Shown one piece after another: positions 42,949-52,597 of a DNA stretch of 64,000 nucleotides (within the stretch, counting starts at the first letter, position 1; each line of letters opens with the position of its first letter). The DNA is taken from the NCBI GenBank assembly GCA_963829445.1, contig CAWHIW010000017.1, positions 89,225-153,224 on the forward strand. Reading direction: 5' to 3'. The notes beneath the pieces were generated by a model. The model made no database searches. It saw only the letters and a program-made list of their open reading frames with translations, and was not told where the DNA came from. This stretch comes from an uncultured Solirubrobacterales bacterium (GTDB taxonomy: Bacteria > Actinomycetota > Thermoleophilia > Solirubrobacterales > 70-9). The position numbers and the translations under genes were made by a program.

Positions 42949-44322
42949 TGCGCTCGCTGCGGGCGCGCCTCTTCCTCGCCATCCTCGGCACCGTGCTGGT
43001 CGCCGTCGGCGCCTCGCTGGCACTGGGGGTGGTGCTGACCAAGGGCGCCGTCCGCGACACGATCCGCGGCGACGTCGAGGCGCAGGCGGAAGCGTTCGCC
43101 GACCAGATCGGGCGGCTGCCGCGGCGCAGCGCCCTGAAACTGCAGGCGGGCCAGCCGCCGCTGCCCGGCACGGCGCCCGGGGCCCCGCCCGGCGCCGCCA
43201 CCAGGCGCCCAGGCCGGGATCGTCACCGCCGGCGAGGGCGGCGGCGCCCCGGTCACCGTCCTCAGCCTCGCCGCCGCGAGCGAGGTGCTGCCGGCGTCGG
43301 CGGTCTCAGCCCTGCGCGAGGGCGGCTCCGCCGACGGCACCGTCGAGATCGAAGGCCGCAGCCAGATCTACGCCGCCGAGCGCGCCGGCCGCTCGATCGT
43401 GCTCGTCACCCGCCCCGACGTCGTCTCCGGCGACGACTTCAGCCGCTACCTCTCGGCGCTGCTGATCGCCAGCGGGGTCGCGGCGCTGCTGGCCGCCGCG
43501 GTGGCGGCGCTGCTGGCGCGGCGCCTGACCCAGCCGCTGCGCCGGCTCGGCGCCGCGGCGGGAGAGCTGGCCGCGGGCCGCAGCCCGGAGCCGGTGCCGC
43601 GCGAGGGGACCGAGGAGCTCGACGAGCTGGCGCTGGCCTTCAACGGGATGTCGGAGCAGCTCGCCCTCGCCCGCGACGCCGAGCGGGGGGTGCTGCTCTC
43701 GATCTCCCACGACCTGCGCACGCCACTGACCTCGATCCGCGGCTACGCGGAGGGGATCGAGGACGGCACGATCGAGCCGGGCGAGGCGGCGGCCGTCGTC
43801 GGCCGCGAGGCGGGGCGGCTGGAACGGCAGGTCGGCGACCTGCTGGCGCTGGCGCGGCTGCGCCAGGGGGTGCTGGAGGTGCGCAGCGAACCTGTCGACC
43901 TGGCGGCGGTGGCGCGCGAGGCGGAGGAGCGCCTGCGCCCGCGGGCGCGCGAGGCCGGGGTGGAGGTGCGGGTCGAGGGCCGCCCGGCGCCGGCCACCGG
44001 CGACCACGGCCGCGCCCTCCAGGTCGTCACCAACCTGCTCGACAACGCGATCCGGGTCAGCCCCCGCGCCGCCGCGGTGACGATCGCCGCCGCTCCCGGC
44101 GAGCTGCGTGTCTGCGACCGCGGCCCCGGCATCCCCGAGGCCGAGCTGCCCCAGGCCTTCGAGCGCTTCCACCTGCGCGCCCGCAGCGGCAACGGCTCCC
44201 CCGAGGGCGCCGGCCTCGGCCTCGCCATCGTCCGCGAGCTGACCGAGGCGATGGGCGGCACCGTCGCCGCCGAGAACCTCCCGGGCGGCGGCGCCCGCTT
44301 CACGGTTCGGCTGCCCGGCTAG
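42948..44322 (+). CDS. Sensor histidine kinase (HAMP-HisKA-HATPase; one frame break at about 43200)
   Basis: N-terminal TM, a second TM plus HAMP, H-box SISHDLRTPLTSIRGY, N-box VVTNLLDNAIR and G-boxes DRGPGIP / GAGLGLAIV. Confidence 0.85.
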
Positions 44323-44520
44323 GTGCTTTGCGATTACCCTGGTTTCGTGAGTGCGGAGCCAAAAAAGCGCCTCGGCGAAGACCAGTGGCGCCACAACGAG
44401 GCGTCGCGGCGGCGGCAGCTGCTCGAAGACGCCCGCCGTCCCATGGCCGTCAACCTGGCTGAGGGATTGGCGCTGAGCGAATTCCTCTCCACCTTCACCG
44501 GAAGCGCACGGAAGAGTTGA
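44323..44520 (+). CDS. Small hypothetical protein, possible partner of the downstream nucleotidyltransferase
   Basis: 65-aa ORF (the real start may be internal). Its stop overlaps the start of the next ORF by 4 nt. No recognisable domain. Confidence 0.4.
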   Translation: MLCDYPGFVSAEPKKRLGEDQWRHNEASRRRQLLEDARRPMAVNLAEGLALSEFLSTFTGSARKS

Positions 44521-45014
44521 CGTCGGCGCCGCTTCGGTTGCGGGAGTTGCTGGCGCGACTGATCGAGGCCGACGTGCGGTTCGTATTGGTTGGCGGACTC
44601 GCGGTGAACGCCTGGGGGTACCTACGTGCGACCCGTGACGTGGATTTCGTCCCCGACCCCGATCCGGAGAACCTCGCCCGGCTCAACTCCCTCCTGAAGG
44701 ACCTCGATGGAAAGGTGGACGTGGGCGGCAAGCTCCTCGCCGGGAGCGCGATCTCCACCTTCCTGCGCACCGGGGATCGGACCCTGGTCGCAACCGAGCT
44801 CGGCCAGGTCGACGTGCTCCAGGGCCTTCCTCAGGTGCCGCCGTTTGCGGTGCTGGAGGAGCAGGCCAAGGACGTCGACCTCGACGGCCTCGTCGTCCGT
44901 GTCTGCTCCCTCGAGCATCTGATCGAGATGAAGCGATCGAGCGAGCGAGCTAGGGATCGCGAGGATTTGGCGGTGCTGGAGGCTGTCCAGCAGGAGGGCG
45001 AGGAGGGGAAGTGA
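44517..45014 (+). CDS. Minimal nucleotidyltransferase-fold protein (MNT/DUF6036-like)
   Basis: Intact 165-aa ORF with an hGG ... DVDFV pattern (FVLVGGLAVNAWGYLRATRDVDFV) typical of pol-beta superfamily NTases. Confidence 0.6.
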   Translation: MTSAPLRLRELLARLIEADVRFVLVGGLAVNAWGYLRATRDVDFVPDPDPENLARLNSLLKDLDGKVDVGGKLLAGSAISTFLRTGDRTLVATELGQVDVLQGLPQVPPFAVLEEQAKDVDLDGLVVRVCSLEHLIEMKRSSERARDREDLAVLEAVQQEGEEGK

Positions 45015-45089
45015 CTTCCCCCGGCGCTACCCTGTCGCGACTCGATCTCCCTGGCCAGGCCGGTTCTGGGCCGCCAGCTGCCTCCCACG

Positions 45090-46040
45090 ATGGAAACCAT
45101 CACTTCGGAACAACCGACCGTGCCGGCTGACCCCGGCCAGGCCGACGCCCACGAGCCGGTCGTGCCGCGGCGCTCGCCGCTGCGCGCGGCGATCAAGACG
45201 GGGCGGCCGAAGGAGTGGATCAAAAACGTCTTCGTGTTCGCCGGGCTGCTGTTCTCCGGCAAGTTCAACCAGTCGCACGAGGTGCTCGAGGCGTTCATCA
45301 CCTTCGTCGCCTTCTGCCTGATCTCCAGCGCCGGCTACTTCGTCAACGACCTGATCGACGTCGAGCTCGACCGCAAGCACCCGAAGAAGCGCTTCCGGCC
45401 GCTGGCCGCGCGCGAGCTCTCGGAGGGCACCGCGAAGGCGATCGCCCCGGGCCTGGCGGTCGTCGCGATCGCGATCGCCTTCGCCGTCAACTGGCAGGTC
45501 GGGCTGATGGTGGTCGGCTACGGCGTCGCCCAGATGGCCTACAGCCTCGGCCTCAAGCAGATCGTGATCATCGACGTGATGACGCTGGCGGGGCTGTTCA
45601 TCCTCCGCGTCGCCGCCGGCGCCAGCGCCGTCGACGCCCACGCCTCGGAGTGGCTGATCCTCTGCACCGGCTTCCTCGCCGCCTTCCTCGGCTTCACCAA
45701 GCGCCGCCAGGAGGCGGTCTCCGAGCTGCACGAGGGCACCTCGACCCGGCCCGTGCTCGAGCACTACTCGCTGCCCTTCCTCGACCAGATGGTCTCCCTG
45801 GTCACCACCGGCACCGTGATCAGCTACGCGATCTACACCGTCAACTCGCCGCTGATCGGCAGCCAGATGATGCTGACGATCCCGCCCGTGGTCTACGGGA
45901 TCTTCCGCTACCTGTACCTGATCTACGACCGCTCCGACGACCGCTCGATGGCCCAGATCGTCGCCGGCGACCGCGGCATCCAGGCCGCCGGCGCCGCCTA
46001 CGCGCTGGTCGCCTTCCTGCTGCTCTACGTCTTCAACTAG
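45090..46040 (+). CDS. UbiA-family prenyltransferase, decaprenyl-phosphate phosphoribosyltransferase-like
   Basis: Intact 316-aa multi-TM ORF with the motifs RPKEWIKN, NDLIDVELDRKHPKKRFRPLA and a C-terminus (YGIFRYLYL) typical of the DPPR synthase clade. Confidence 0.8.
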   Translation: METITSEQPTVPADPGQADAHEPVVPRRSPLRAAIKTGRPKEWIKNVFVFAGLLFSGKFNQSHEVLEAFITFVAFCLISSAGYFVNDLIDVELDRKHPKKRFRPLAARELSEGTAKAIAPGLAVVAIAIAFAVNWQVGLMVVGYGVAQMAYSLGLKQIVIIDVMTLAGLFILRVAAGASAVDAHASEWLILCTGFLAAFLGFTKRRQEAVSELHEGTSTRPVLEHYSLPFLDQMVSLVTTGTVISYAIYTVNSPLIGSQMMLTIPPVVYGIFRYLYLIYDRSDDRSMAQIVAGDRGIQAAGAAYALVAFLLLYVFN

Positions 46041-46043
46041 CGG

Positions 46044-46463
46044 CTAGACGAGTCCCTCTTCGGGCTCGGCCTCCATCAGGTAGAAGCGGGCGCGGCCGAG
46101 CTCCTCGCCGTCGATCAGGACGACGGCGGCGTGGGGGCCGGAGGCCTCGAAGTTGGCGGTGGCGCCGATCGACATCACCAGGCGCTGCTCCTGGCCGGCG
46201 GGCATGCCGGGCGGCCGGCCGGTCTCGAAGCTGGCGGTGAGGCCCTCGCCGAGCTCGATCCCGTCGGGGTCCTGGATCGTGACCACGAGCTCGTGCGGGT
46301 CGTTGGTCTCGTGCCAGGCGACGTCGATGCCGAGGCCGATGTGGAAGGACCACTCGTGCGGCAGCTCGGGCAGGCGCAGGACGTTCCAGCCGCCGCCGTT
46401 GAGGTAGAGCTTGCCGTTGACGGCCTCGCTGTGGTCGGCGAGCAGGAGGAAGCCGATGTTCAT
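46044..46463 (-). CDS. Hypothetical protein (third gene of a coupled triad)
   Basis: Intact 139-aa ORF (MNIGFLLLADHSEAVNGKLYLNGGGWNV...). Its ATG overlaps the upstream stop by 4 nt. Confidence 0.7.
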   Translation of the reverse strand: MNIGFLLLADHSEAVNGKLYLNGGGWNVLRLPELPHEWSFHIGLGIDVAWHETNDPHELVVTIQDPDGIELGEGLTASFETGRPPGMPAGQEQRLVMSIGATANFEASGPHAAVVLIDGEELGRARFYLMEAEPEEGLV

Positions 46464-46789
46464 GGCGCCTCCGGGTAGGGGACGACGGCGAGGTCGGAGA
46501 GCAGCTCGATCTTGCCGTTGCGGGTGAACTGGAGGTCGACCGTCTCGTTCTTGCGGTAGGTGCCGAAGAGGCCGAGGTACATCGCCAGCCAGCGGCTGGT
46601 GCCCATCTTCTCCTTGACGATCGGGCGGGTGAAGACGACCTCGCCGCCCTCGATCTCGTAGTCGGCGCCCTCGCTCTGCTCGACGCCGTTGATGAAGACG
46701 GTGAAGGGGGGCTCGGCGCCGGCGGGGATCTTCACCCGCTCGCCGGCCGCGTAGCTGCCCTTGGGTATCTCGGTGCTGGAGTCGCTCAT
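46460..46789 (-). CDS. Hypothetical protein (second gene of the triad)
   Basis: Intact 109-aa ORF with 4-nt overlaps at both ends. Confidence 0.7.
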   Translation of the reverse strand: MSDSSTEIPKGSYAAGERVKIPAGAEPPFTVFINGVEQSEGADYEIEGGEVVFTRPIVKEKMGTSRWLAMYLGLFGTYRKNETVDLQFTRNGKIELLSDLAVVPYPEAP

Positions 46790-47130
46790 CTGCCCTCTGC
46801 TTCCAGAGTCTCCCGCACCAGGTCGAACGGCGTGTCGTGGTCGCTCGGGTCCAGCTCCTCCCGCCCTACCCCGCCGCGGTAGGGCATGAAGGTGCCGTCG
46901 CCGCGCACGTCGACGCCGGCCGTCGGCTTGCGCAGCAGGCCCTTGCCCTTCAGCTGCAGGCGGGCCTGGACCTGGTCGCCCGGGGCGTAGTCGCGCAGCA
47001 GCGAGGAGGAGCGCGCCGGTCCCTCGGCGCGGATCGCCAGAGCCCGCTCGCGCATCGCGGCGACGGCCTCGCCGAGGTCGTCGAAGCCCTGGTGCTCGAC
47101 CTCGGGCCCGTGCGGACGGTCAGCTTCCAC
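46786..47130 (-). CDS. Hypothetical protein (first gene of the triad)
   Basis: Intact 114-aa ORF (GTG start), 52 nt downstream of the gltA stop. Confidence 0.6.
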   Translation of the reverse strand: MEADRPHGPEVEHQGFDDLGEAVAAMRERALAIRAEGPARSSSLLRDYAPGDQVQARLQLKGKGLLRKPTAGVDVRGDGTFMPYRGGVGREELDPSDHDTPFDLVRETLEAEGR

Positions 47131-47182
47131 TGCGGACGGGACACCGCCGCAGCCTATGGAACCGGAGCGGGGAGGGAGACGG

Positions 47183-48532
47183 CTAGGCGCCGCGGCGCGG
47201 GCGTTTCGGACGGCGCGCCGGCGGCCCGACGATTTTCTCCGGGCCGCTGCGATCGTCGATCGCGACGTAGTCGCGCTCGCGCTCGCCGGTGTAGATCTGG
47301 CGCGGCCGGGCGATTTTCAGCTCCGGGTCTTCCTGCATCTCCATCCACTGCGCCATCCAGCCGGCGGTGCGGGGGATCGTGAACAGCACCGTGAACATGT
47401 TGGCCGGGATCTCCAGCGCCTCGTAGATGATCCCCGAGTAGAAGTCGACGTTCGGGTAGAGCTTGCGCGAGGTGAAGTACTCGTCGTCGAGCGCCTGTTT
47501 CTCCAGCTCGCGGGCGATCTCGACCAGCGGGTTGTACTCGGTCGCCTCGAAGACCTCGTCCATGTGCTGCTGGATGATCCGCGCCCGCGGGTCGTAGTTC
47601 TTGTAGACCCGGTGGCCGAAGCCCATCAGTTTCTCCTCGCGGTCCTTCACCTTCGCGAGGAAGCCGGGGATGTTGTCCGGCGACTCGATCCGCCGCAGCA
47701 TCCGCAGCACCGCCTCGTTGGCGCCGCCGTGCAGCGGCCCGTAGAGGGCGGCGACACCCGCCGCCACCGCCGAGTAGGGGTCGACGCCGGAGGAGCCGAC
47801 GCCGCGCACGGCGTTGGTCGAGCAGTTCTGTTCGTGGTCGGCGTGGAGGATGAAGAGGATGTCGAGGACCTTCGAGAGGACCTGTTTGGGGATGTGCCGG
47901 TCTTCGGTCTTCTTGAACATCATCGAGAGGAAGTTCTCGGCGAAGTTGAGTTCGTTGTCCGGGTAGACGTAGGGCAGGCCCATGTTGTGCCGGTAGGAGA
48001 AGGCGGCCAGGGTCGGCACCTTGGCGATCAGGCGGACGGCGGCCATGTAGCGCTCTTCCGGGTCGTCGATCTGCTTCGCGTCCGGGTAGAAGGTCGAGAG
48101 CGCGCCGACGCCGGCCAGCAGCATCCCCATCGGGTGGGCGTCGTAGCGGAAGCCCTGGAAGAACTGCTTCAGGTCCTCGTGCACGTAGGTGTGGTGGGTG
48201 ATGTCGAAGACCCAGCGGTCGAGCTGGGCGGCGGTCGGCAGCTCGCCGAAGATCAGCAGGTAGGCGGTCTCGAGGAAGGTCGAGCGCTCGCAGAGCTGCT
48301 CGATCGAGTAGCCGCGGTGTTCGAGGATGCCGGCGGCGCCGTCGATGTAGGTGACCGAGGAGCGGCAGGAGGCGGTGTTGTTGAAGGCCGGGTCGTAGGA
48401 CATCAACCCGAATTCGTCCTCGTCGACCTTGATCTGCCGCAGGTCGAGGCCGCGCACGGTCCCGTCCTCGATCGGCAGCTCGTAGGTCTTGCCGGTGCGG
48501 TTGTCGGTGACGGTTAGCGACTCGGTGGCCAT
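47183..48532 (-). CDS. gltA: Citrate synthase (type II, hexameric-type length)
   Basis: Intact 449-aa ORF with the catalytic region LHADHEQNCSTN, GPLHGGANE and GFGHRVYKNYDPRA. Confidence 0.95.
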   Translation of the reverse strand: MATESLTVTDNRTGKTYELPIEDGTVRGLDLRQIKVDEDEFGLMSYDPAFNNTASCRSSVTYIDGAAGILEHRGYSIEQLCERSTFLETAYLLIFGELPTAAQLDRWVFDITHHTYVHEDLKQFFQGFRYDAHPMGMLLAGVGALSTFYPDAKQIDDPEERYMAAVRLIAKVPTLAAFSYRHNMGLPYVYPDNELNFAENFLSMMFKKTEDRHIPKQVLSKVLDILFILHADHEQNCSTNAVRGVGSSGVDPYSAVAAGVAALYGPLHGGANEAVLRMLRRIESPDNIPGFLAKVKDREEKLMGFGHRVYKNYDPRARIIQQHMDEVFEATEYNPLVEIARELEKQALDDEYFTSRKLYPNVDFYSGIIYEALEIPANMFTVLFTIPRTAGWMAQWMEMQEDPELKIARPRQIYTGERERDYVAIDDRSGPEKIVGPPARRPKRPRRGA

Positions 48533-48593
48533 GCGGCGATCATTCTTTCAGTTCGCCGTCGCCGGCCGTTAAGAGGCTGTGGAGCTGGGGGAG

Positions 48594-49515
<922 letters not shown>

Positions 49516-49532
49516 TCGGCAGCGCAGGCTAT

Positions 49533-49596
49533 AGGGGACGGGGGGTACCTCGTCGGCGCAACAGCGGGGAGGCGCCGACGAGGCCCCCCGTCCCCT
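49533..49596. repeat. Long singleton hairpin in the pfkB / oxidoreductase divergent spacer
   Basis: AGGGGACGGGGGG(TA)CCTCGTCGGCGC-loop-GCGCCGACGAGGCCCCCCGTCCCCT, with 25 paired positions. Confidence 0.55.
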
Positions 49597-49676
49597 TTCT
49601 TCGGCGCCGTCTATGGTTCTCCGCCGTGAAGGCGGTGCAGATACAGGAGTTCGGGGGGCCGGAGATGCTCGAGTAG

Positions 49677-50573
49677 GTGGAGCTCCCCGATCCGACGCCC
49701 GGTGAGGGCGAGGTCGTGGTCGAGATCGCCCGCGCCGGCGTCAACTTCGCCGACACCCACGCGACCCGCAACGACTACCTGGCCGAGCAGTCGCTGCCGC
49801 TGGTGCCCGGCACCGAGATCGCCGGCCGCACGCCCGACGGCCGCCGCGTCGCGGCGCTGCTGGGCAACGGCGGCTACGCCGAGAAGGCGGTGGTGCCGGA
49901 GTCGCTGCTGATCCCCCTGCCCGACGAGGTCGACGACGACCAGGCGGCGGCGGTGCTGCTGCAGGGCCTGACCGCGCTGGCGCTGGTCCACCGCTGCGCC
50001 CGGATCGAGGCGGGGGAGACGATCGTGGTCGAGGCCGCCGCCGGCGGCACCGGCACGCTGGCCGTGCAGATCGCCAAGCGGGCCGGGGCGAAGGTGATCG
50101 GCCTCGCCTCCAGCGCGGACAAGCGCGAGCTGGTCCAGAGCCTCGGCGCCGACGTCTGCATCGACTCCCGCGCCGACGACCTCGCCGGCGCGATCCGCGA
50201 GGCCAACGGCGGCGAGCGCGTCGACGCCGTCCTCCACATGAGCGGCGGCGACGCCTTCGACGCCGAGATGAGCGTGCTGGCGCCGCTGGGCCGGATGGTC
50301 GTCTTCGGCATCGCCTCGCGCGAGCAGCGCGACGTCTCCACCGCCGCCCTGCTGCGCGGCTCCAAGACCGTGGTCGGCTTCTGGCTGCTGCACCTGCTGG
50401 CCCGCCGCGACCTGGCGGTGCCGATGATCGGCGAGCTCCTGGCCGCGGTCGCGGCAGGCGAGCTGCGCGCGACCGTCGGCGACGTCTACCCTCTGTCCGA
50501 GGCGGCGCGGGCCCACGAAGACCTGATCGCCCGCCGCAGCAGCGGCAAGCTCCTCCTCGATCCCTCTAAATAG
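49677..50573 (+). CDS. Quinone oxidoreductase / zeta-crystallin-like MDR (N-terminus cut by an in-frame TAG)
   Basis: GVNFADTH, the Rossmann motif AAAGGTGTLAVQIAK and the conserved N-terminal strand VKAVQIQEFGGPEMLE encoded at 49626-49673. The latter is followed by TAG at 49674-49676, in-frame with the ORF. Confidence 0.8.
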   Translation: MELPDPTPGEGEVVVEIARAGVNFADTHATRNDYLAEQSLPLVPGTEIAGRTPDGRRVAALLGNGGYAEKAVVPESLLIPLPDEVDDDQAAAVLLQGLTALALVHRCARIEAGETIVVEAAAGGTGTLAVQIAKRAGAKVIGLASSADKRELVQSLGADVCIDSRADDLAGAIREANGGERVDAVLHMSGGDAFDAEMSVLAPLGRMVVFGIASREQRDVSTAALLRGSKTVVGFWLLHLLARRDLAVPMIGELLAAVAAGELRATVGDVYPLSEAARAHEDLIARRSSGKLLLDPSK

Positions 50574-52180
50574 ATGACCACTCCCTTCCACGACCTCGGC
50601 CTCTCGCCGCAGATCCAGCAGGCGCTGGACGAGCTCGGCTTCCAGGATCCGACCCCGATCCAGGAGCAGGCGATCCCGGAGCTGCTCGGCGGCCACGACG
50701 TGATCGGCCAGGCCCAGACCGGGACCGGCAAGACCGCCGCCTTCGGCCTGCCGCTGCTGCAGTACCTCGATCCCGAGAACAACGAGGTGCAGGCGATCGT
50801 CCTCACCCCGACCCGCGAGCTCTGCATCCAGGTGACGCAGGCGCTGCGCACCTACGCCGAGCACCTCGACATCGAGATCGTCGCCGTCTTCGGCGGCGCC
50901 CCGATCCGCTCGCAGCAGTCGCAGCTGCGCTCCGGCGCCCACGTCGTCGTCGCCACCGTCGGCCGCATGAAGGACCTGATGGCCCGCCGCTCGCTGGTCC
51001 TGACCGCGGCCCGCTACGTCGTCCTCGACGAGGCCGACGAGATGCTCGACCTCGGCTTCATCGAGGACGTCGAGAAAATCCTGCGGATGTGCCCGAGCGG
51101 GCGCCAGACGGCGCTCTTCTCGGCGACGATGCCGCCGCCGATCCAGAAGCTCGCCGAGGGCTACATGTACGACCCGACGACGATCCGGATCACGCCGAAG
51201 ACGCTCACCGTCGACGCGATCGCCCAGGCCTACGTCGAGGTCCCGGCCAAAGACAAGGCGGCGCGCCTGGTCGAGCTGCTGAAGACCGAAGAACCCGAGC
51301 AGGCGATCATCTTCACCCGCACCAAGATCGGCGCCTCGAAGCTGGAGAAGACGCTGAAGGACAAAGGCCTCGACGTGAAGGCGCTGCACGGCGACCTCAG
51401 CCAGGGCGTCCGCGACGGGGTGATGATCGCCTTCAAGAGCCACCGCGTGAAGCTGCTGGTCGCCACCGACATCGCCGCCCGCGGCCTCGACATCGAGCAC
51501 GTCACCCACGTCATCAACTTCGACGTGCCGAACTCCTCGGAGACCTACGTCCACCGCATCGGCCGCACCGGCCGGGTCGGGCGGACCGGCCGCGCGATCA
51601 CCTTCGTCACCCCCGCCCAGCGCGAGGAGATCACCCGCATCGAGCGCGACGTGAAGACCACGATCGGCGAGTGGGAGAGCCCCGGAGGAGCGGCTCGAGC
51701 ACGCGCCGCGCCCGCGCCGCCGCGAGCGCCCGGAGCGCTCCGAGCACAGCAAGCCGAGCGAGCGCGGCGAACGCAGCGAGCGGGTCGGGCCGGGGGAGCG
51801 AGCGAGAACGGCGCGCCGCCGCGGCCGAGGCCGAGAGCCGAGGCCGCCCGAGGTCGAGGTCGAGCAGTCGGAGGCCGCACCGCCCGAGCCCGAGCAGGCC
51901 GAGCGCCCGCGGCGCCGGACGAGACGGCGACGAGCCCGAGCGCGACACCGTCAAGCTCTTCGTCAACCGCGGCGAGCGCAGCGGCATCGAGGAAGAGGAT
52001 CTGCGCTGGGCGCTGCGCGAGGGCGCCGTCCTGCCCGAGGAGGCGATCCACGAGATCCGCGTCCTGCACCGCTTCTCCTTCGTCGAGGTCGCCCCGGATC
52101 AGGCCGAGCGGGCCGTCGAGTTCCTCGACGGCACCAAGCTCAAGGGCAAGGAGATCCGGCTCGAGATCGCCAAGAGCTGA
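50574..52180 (+). CDS. DEAD-box RNA helicase with a C-terminal DbpA-type RNA-binding domain (1-2 frame breaks in the basic linker)
   Basis: Q-motif, AQTGTGKT, PTRELC, DEAD-type VLDEADEM, SAT, HRIGRTGR and the C-terminal KLFVNRGERSGIEEEDLRWAL... domain in the 51089..52180 frame. Confidence 0.9.
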
Positions 52181-52181
52181 G

Positions 52182-52229
52182 GCGCTTCGGATCTTGTCCC
52201 CACCCTGGTGGGGACAAAGTCGGATGCGC
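52182..52229. repeat. Family D hairpin, copy D3 (between convergent genes; probable bidirectional terminator)
   Basis: GCGCTTCGGATCTTGTCCCC-ACCCTGGT-GGGGACAAAGTCGGATGCGC. Confidence 0.5.
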
Positions 52230-52597
52230 TATCGGGTCAGCTCGGCGATGCTGTCGAGCAGGCGGTCGAAGTCGATCGGCTTGGTCAGGTAGCCGCTGAC
52301 CTCGAGGTCGGTGGGGGCGTTGGCGTCGGTCGCGTCCTGGTGGGCGCTGATGATCAGGGCCGGGGTGTCGACGCCGGCGGCGCGCAGCTCGCGCAGGGCG
52401 TCGATGCCGGATTTGCGCGGCATCATCGCGTCGAGCAGCAGCAGGTCGGGGAGCTGCTCGGCGTCGCCCTCGTGCAGGCGCTCGGTCACCTCCTGGCCGT
52501 CGGCCGCGGTCTCGACCTCGTAGCCGGCCAGCTCCAGCCGCGTCCGCATCAGCAGCAGGATCGTCTCCGAGTCGTCGGCGACCAGGACCCGGGTCAT
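52229..52597 (-). CDS. Single-domain (CheY-like) response regulator
   Basis: Intact 122-aa ORF with VLVADDSE ... LLLLDAMMPRKSG ... YLTKP. Its ATG overlaps the kinase stop (ATGA). Confidence 0.85.
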   Translation of the reverse strand: MTRVLVADDSETILLLMRTRLELAGYEVETAADGQEVTERLHEGDAEQLPDLLLLDAMMPRKSGIDALRELRAAGVDTPALIISAHQDATDANAPTDLEVSGYLTKPIDFDRLLDSIAELTR

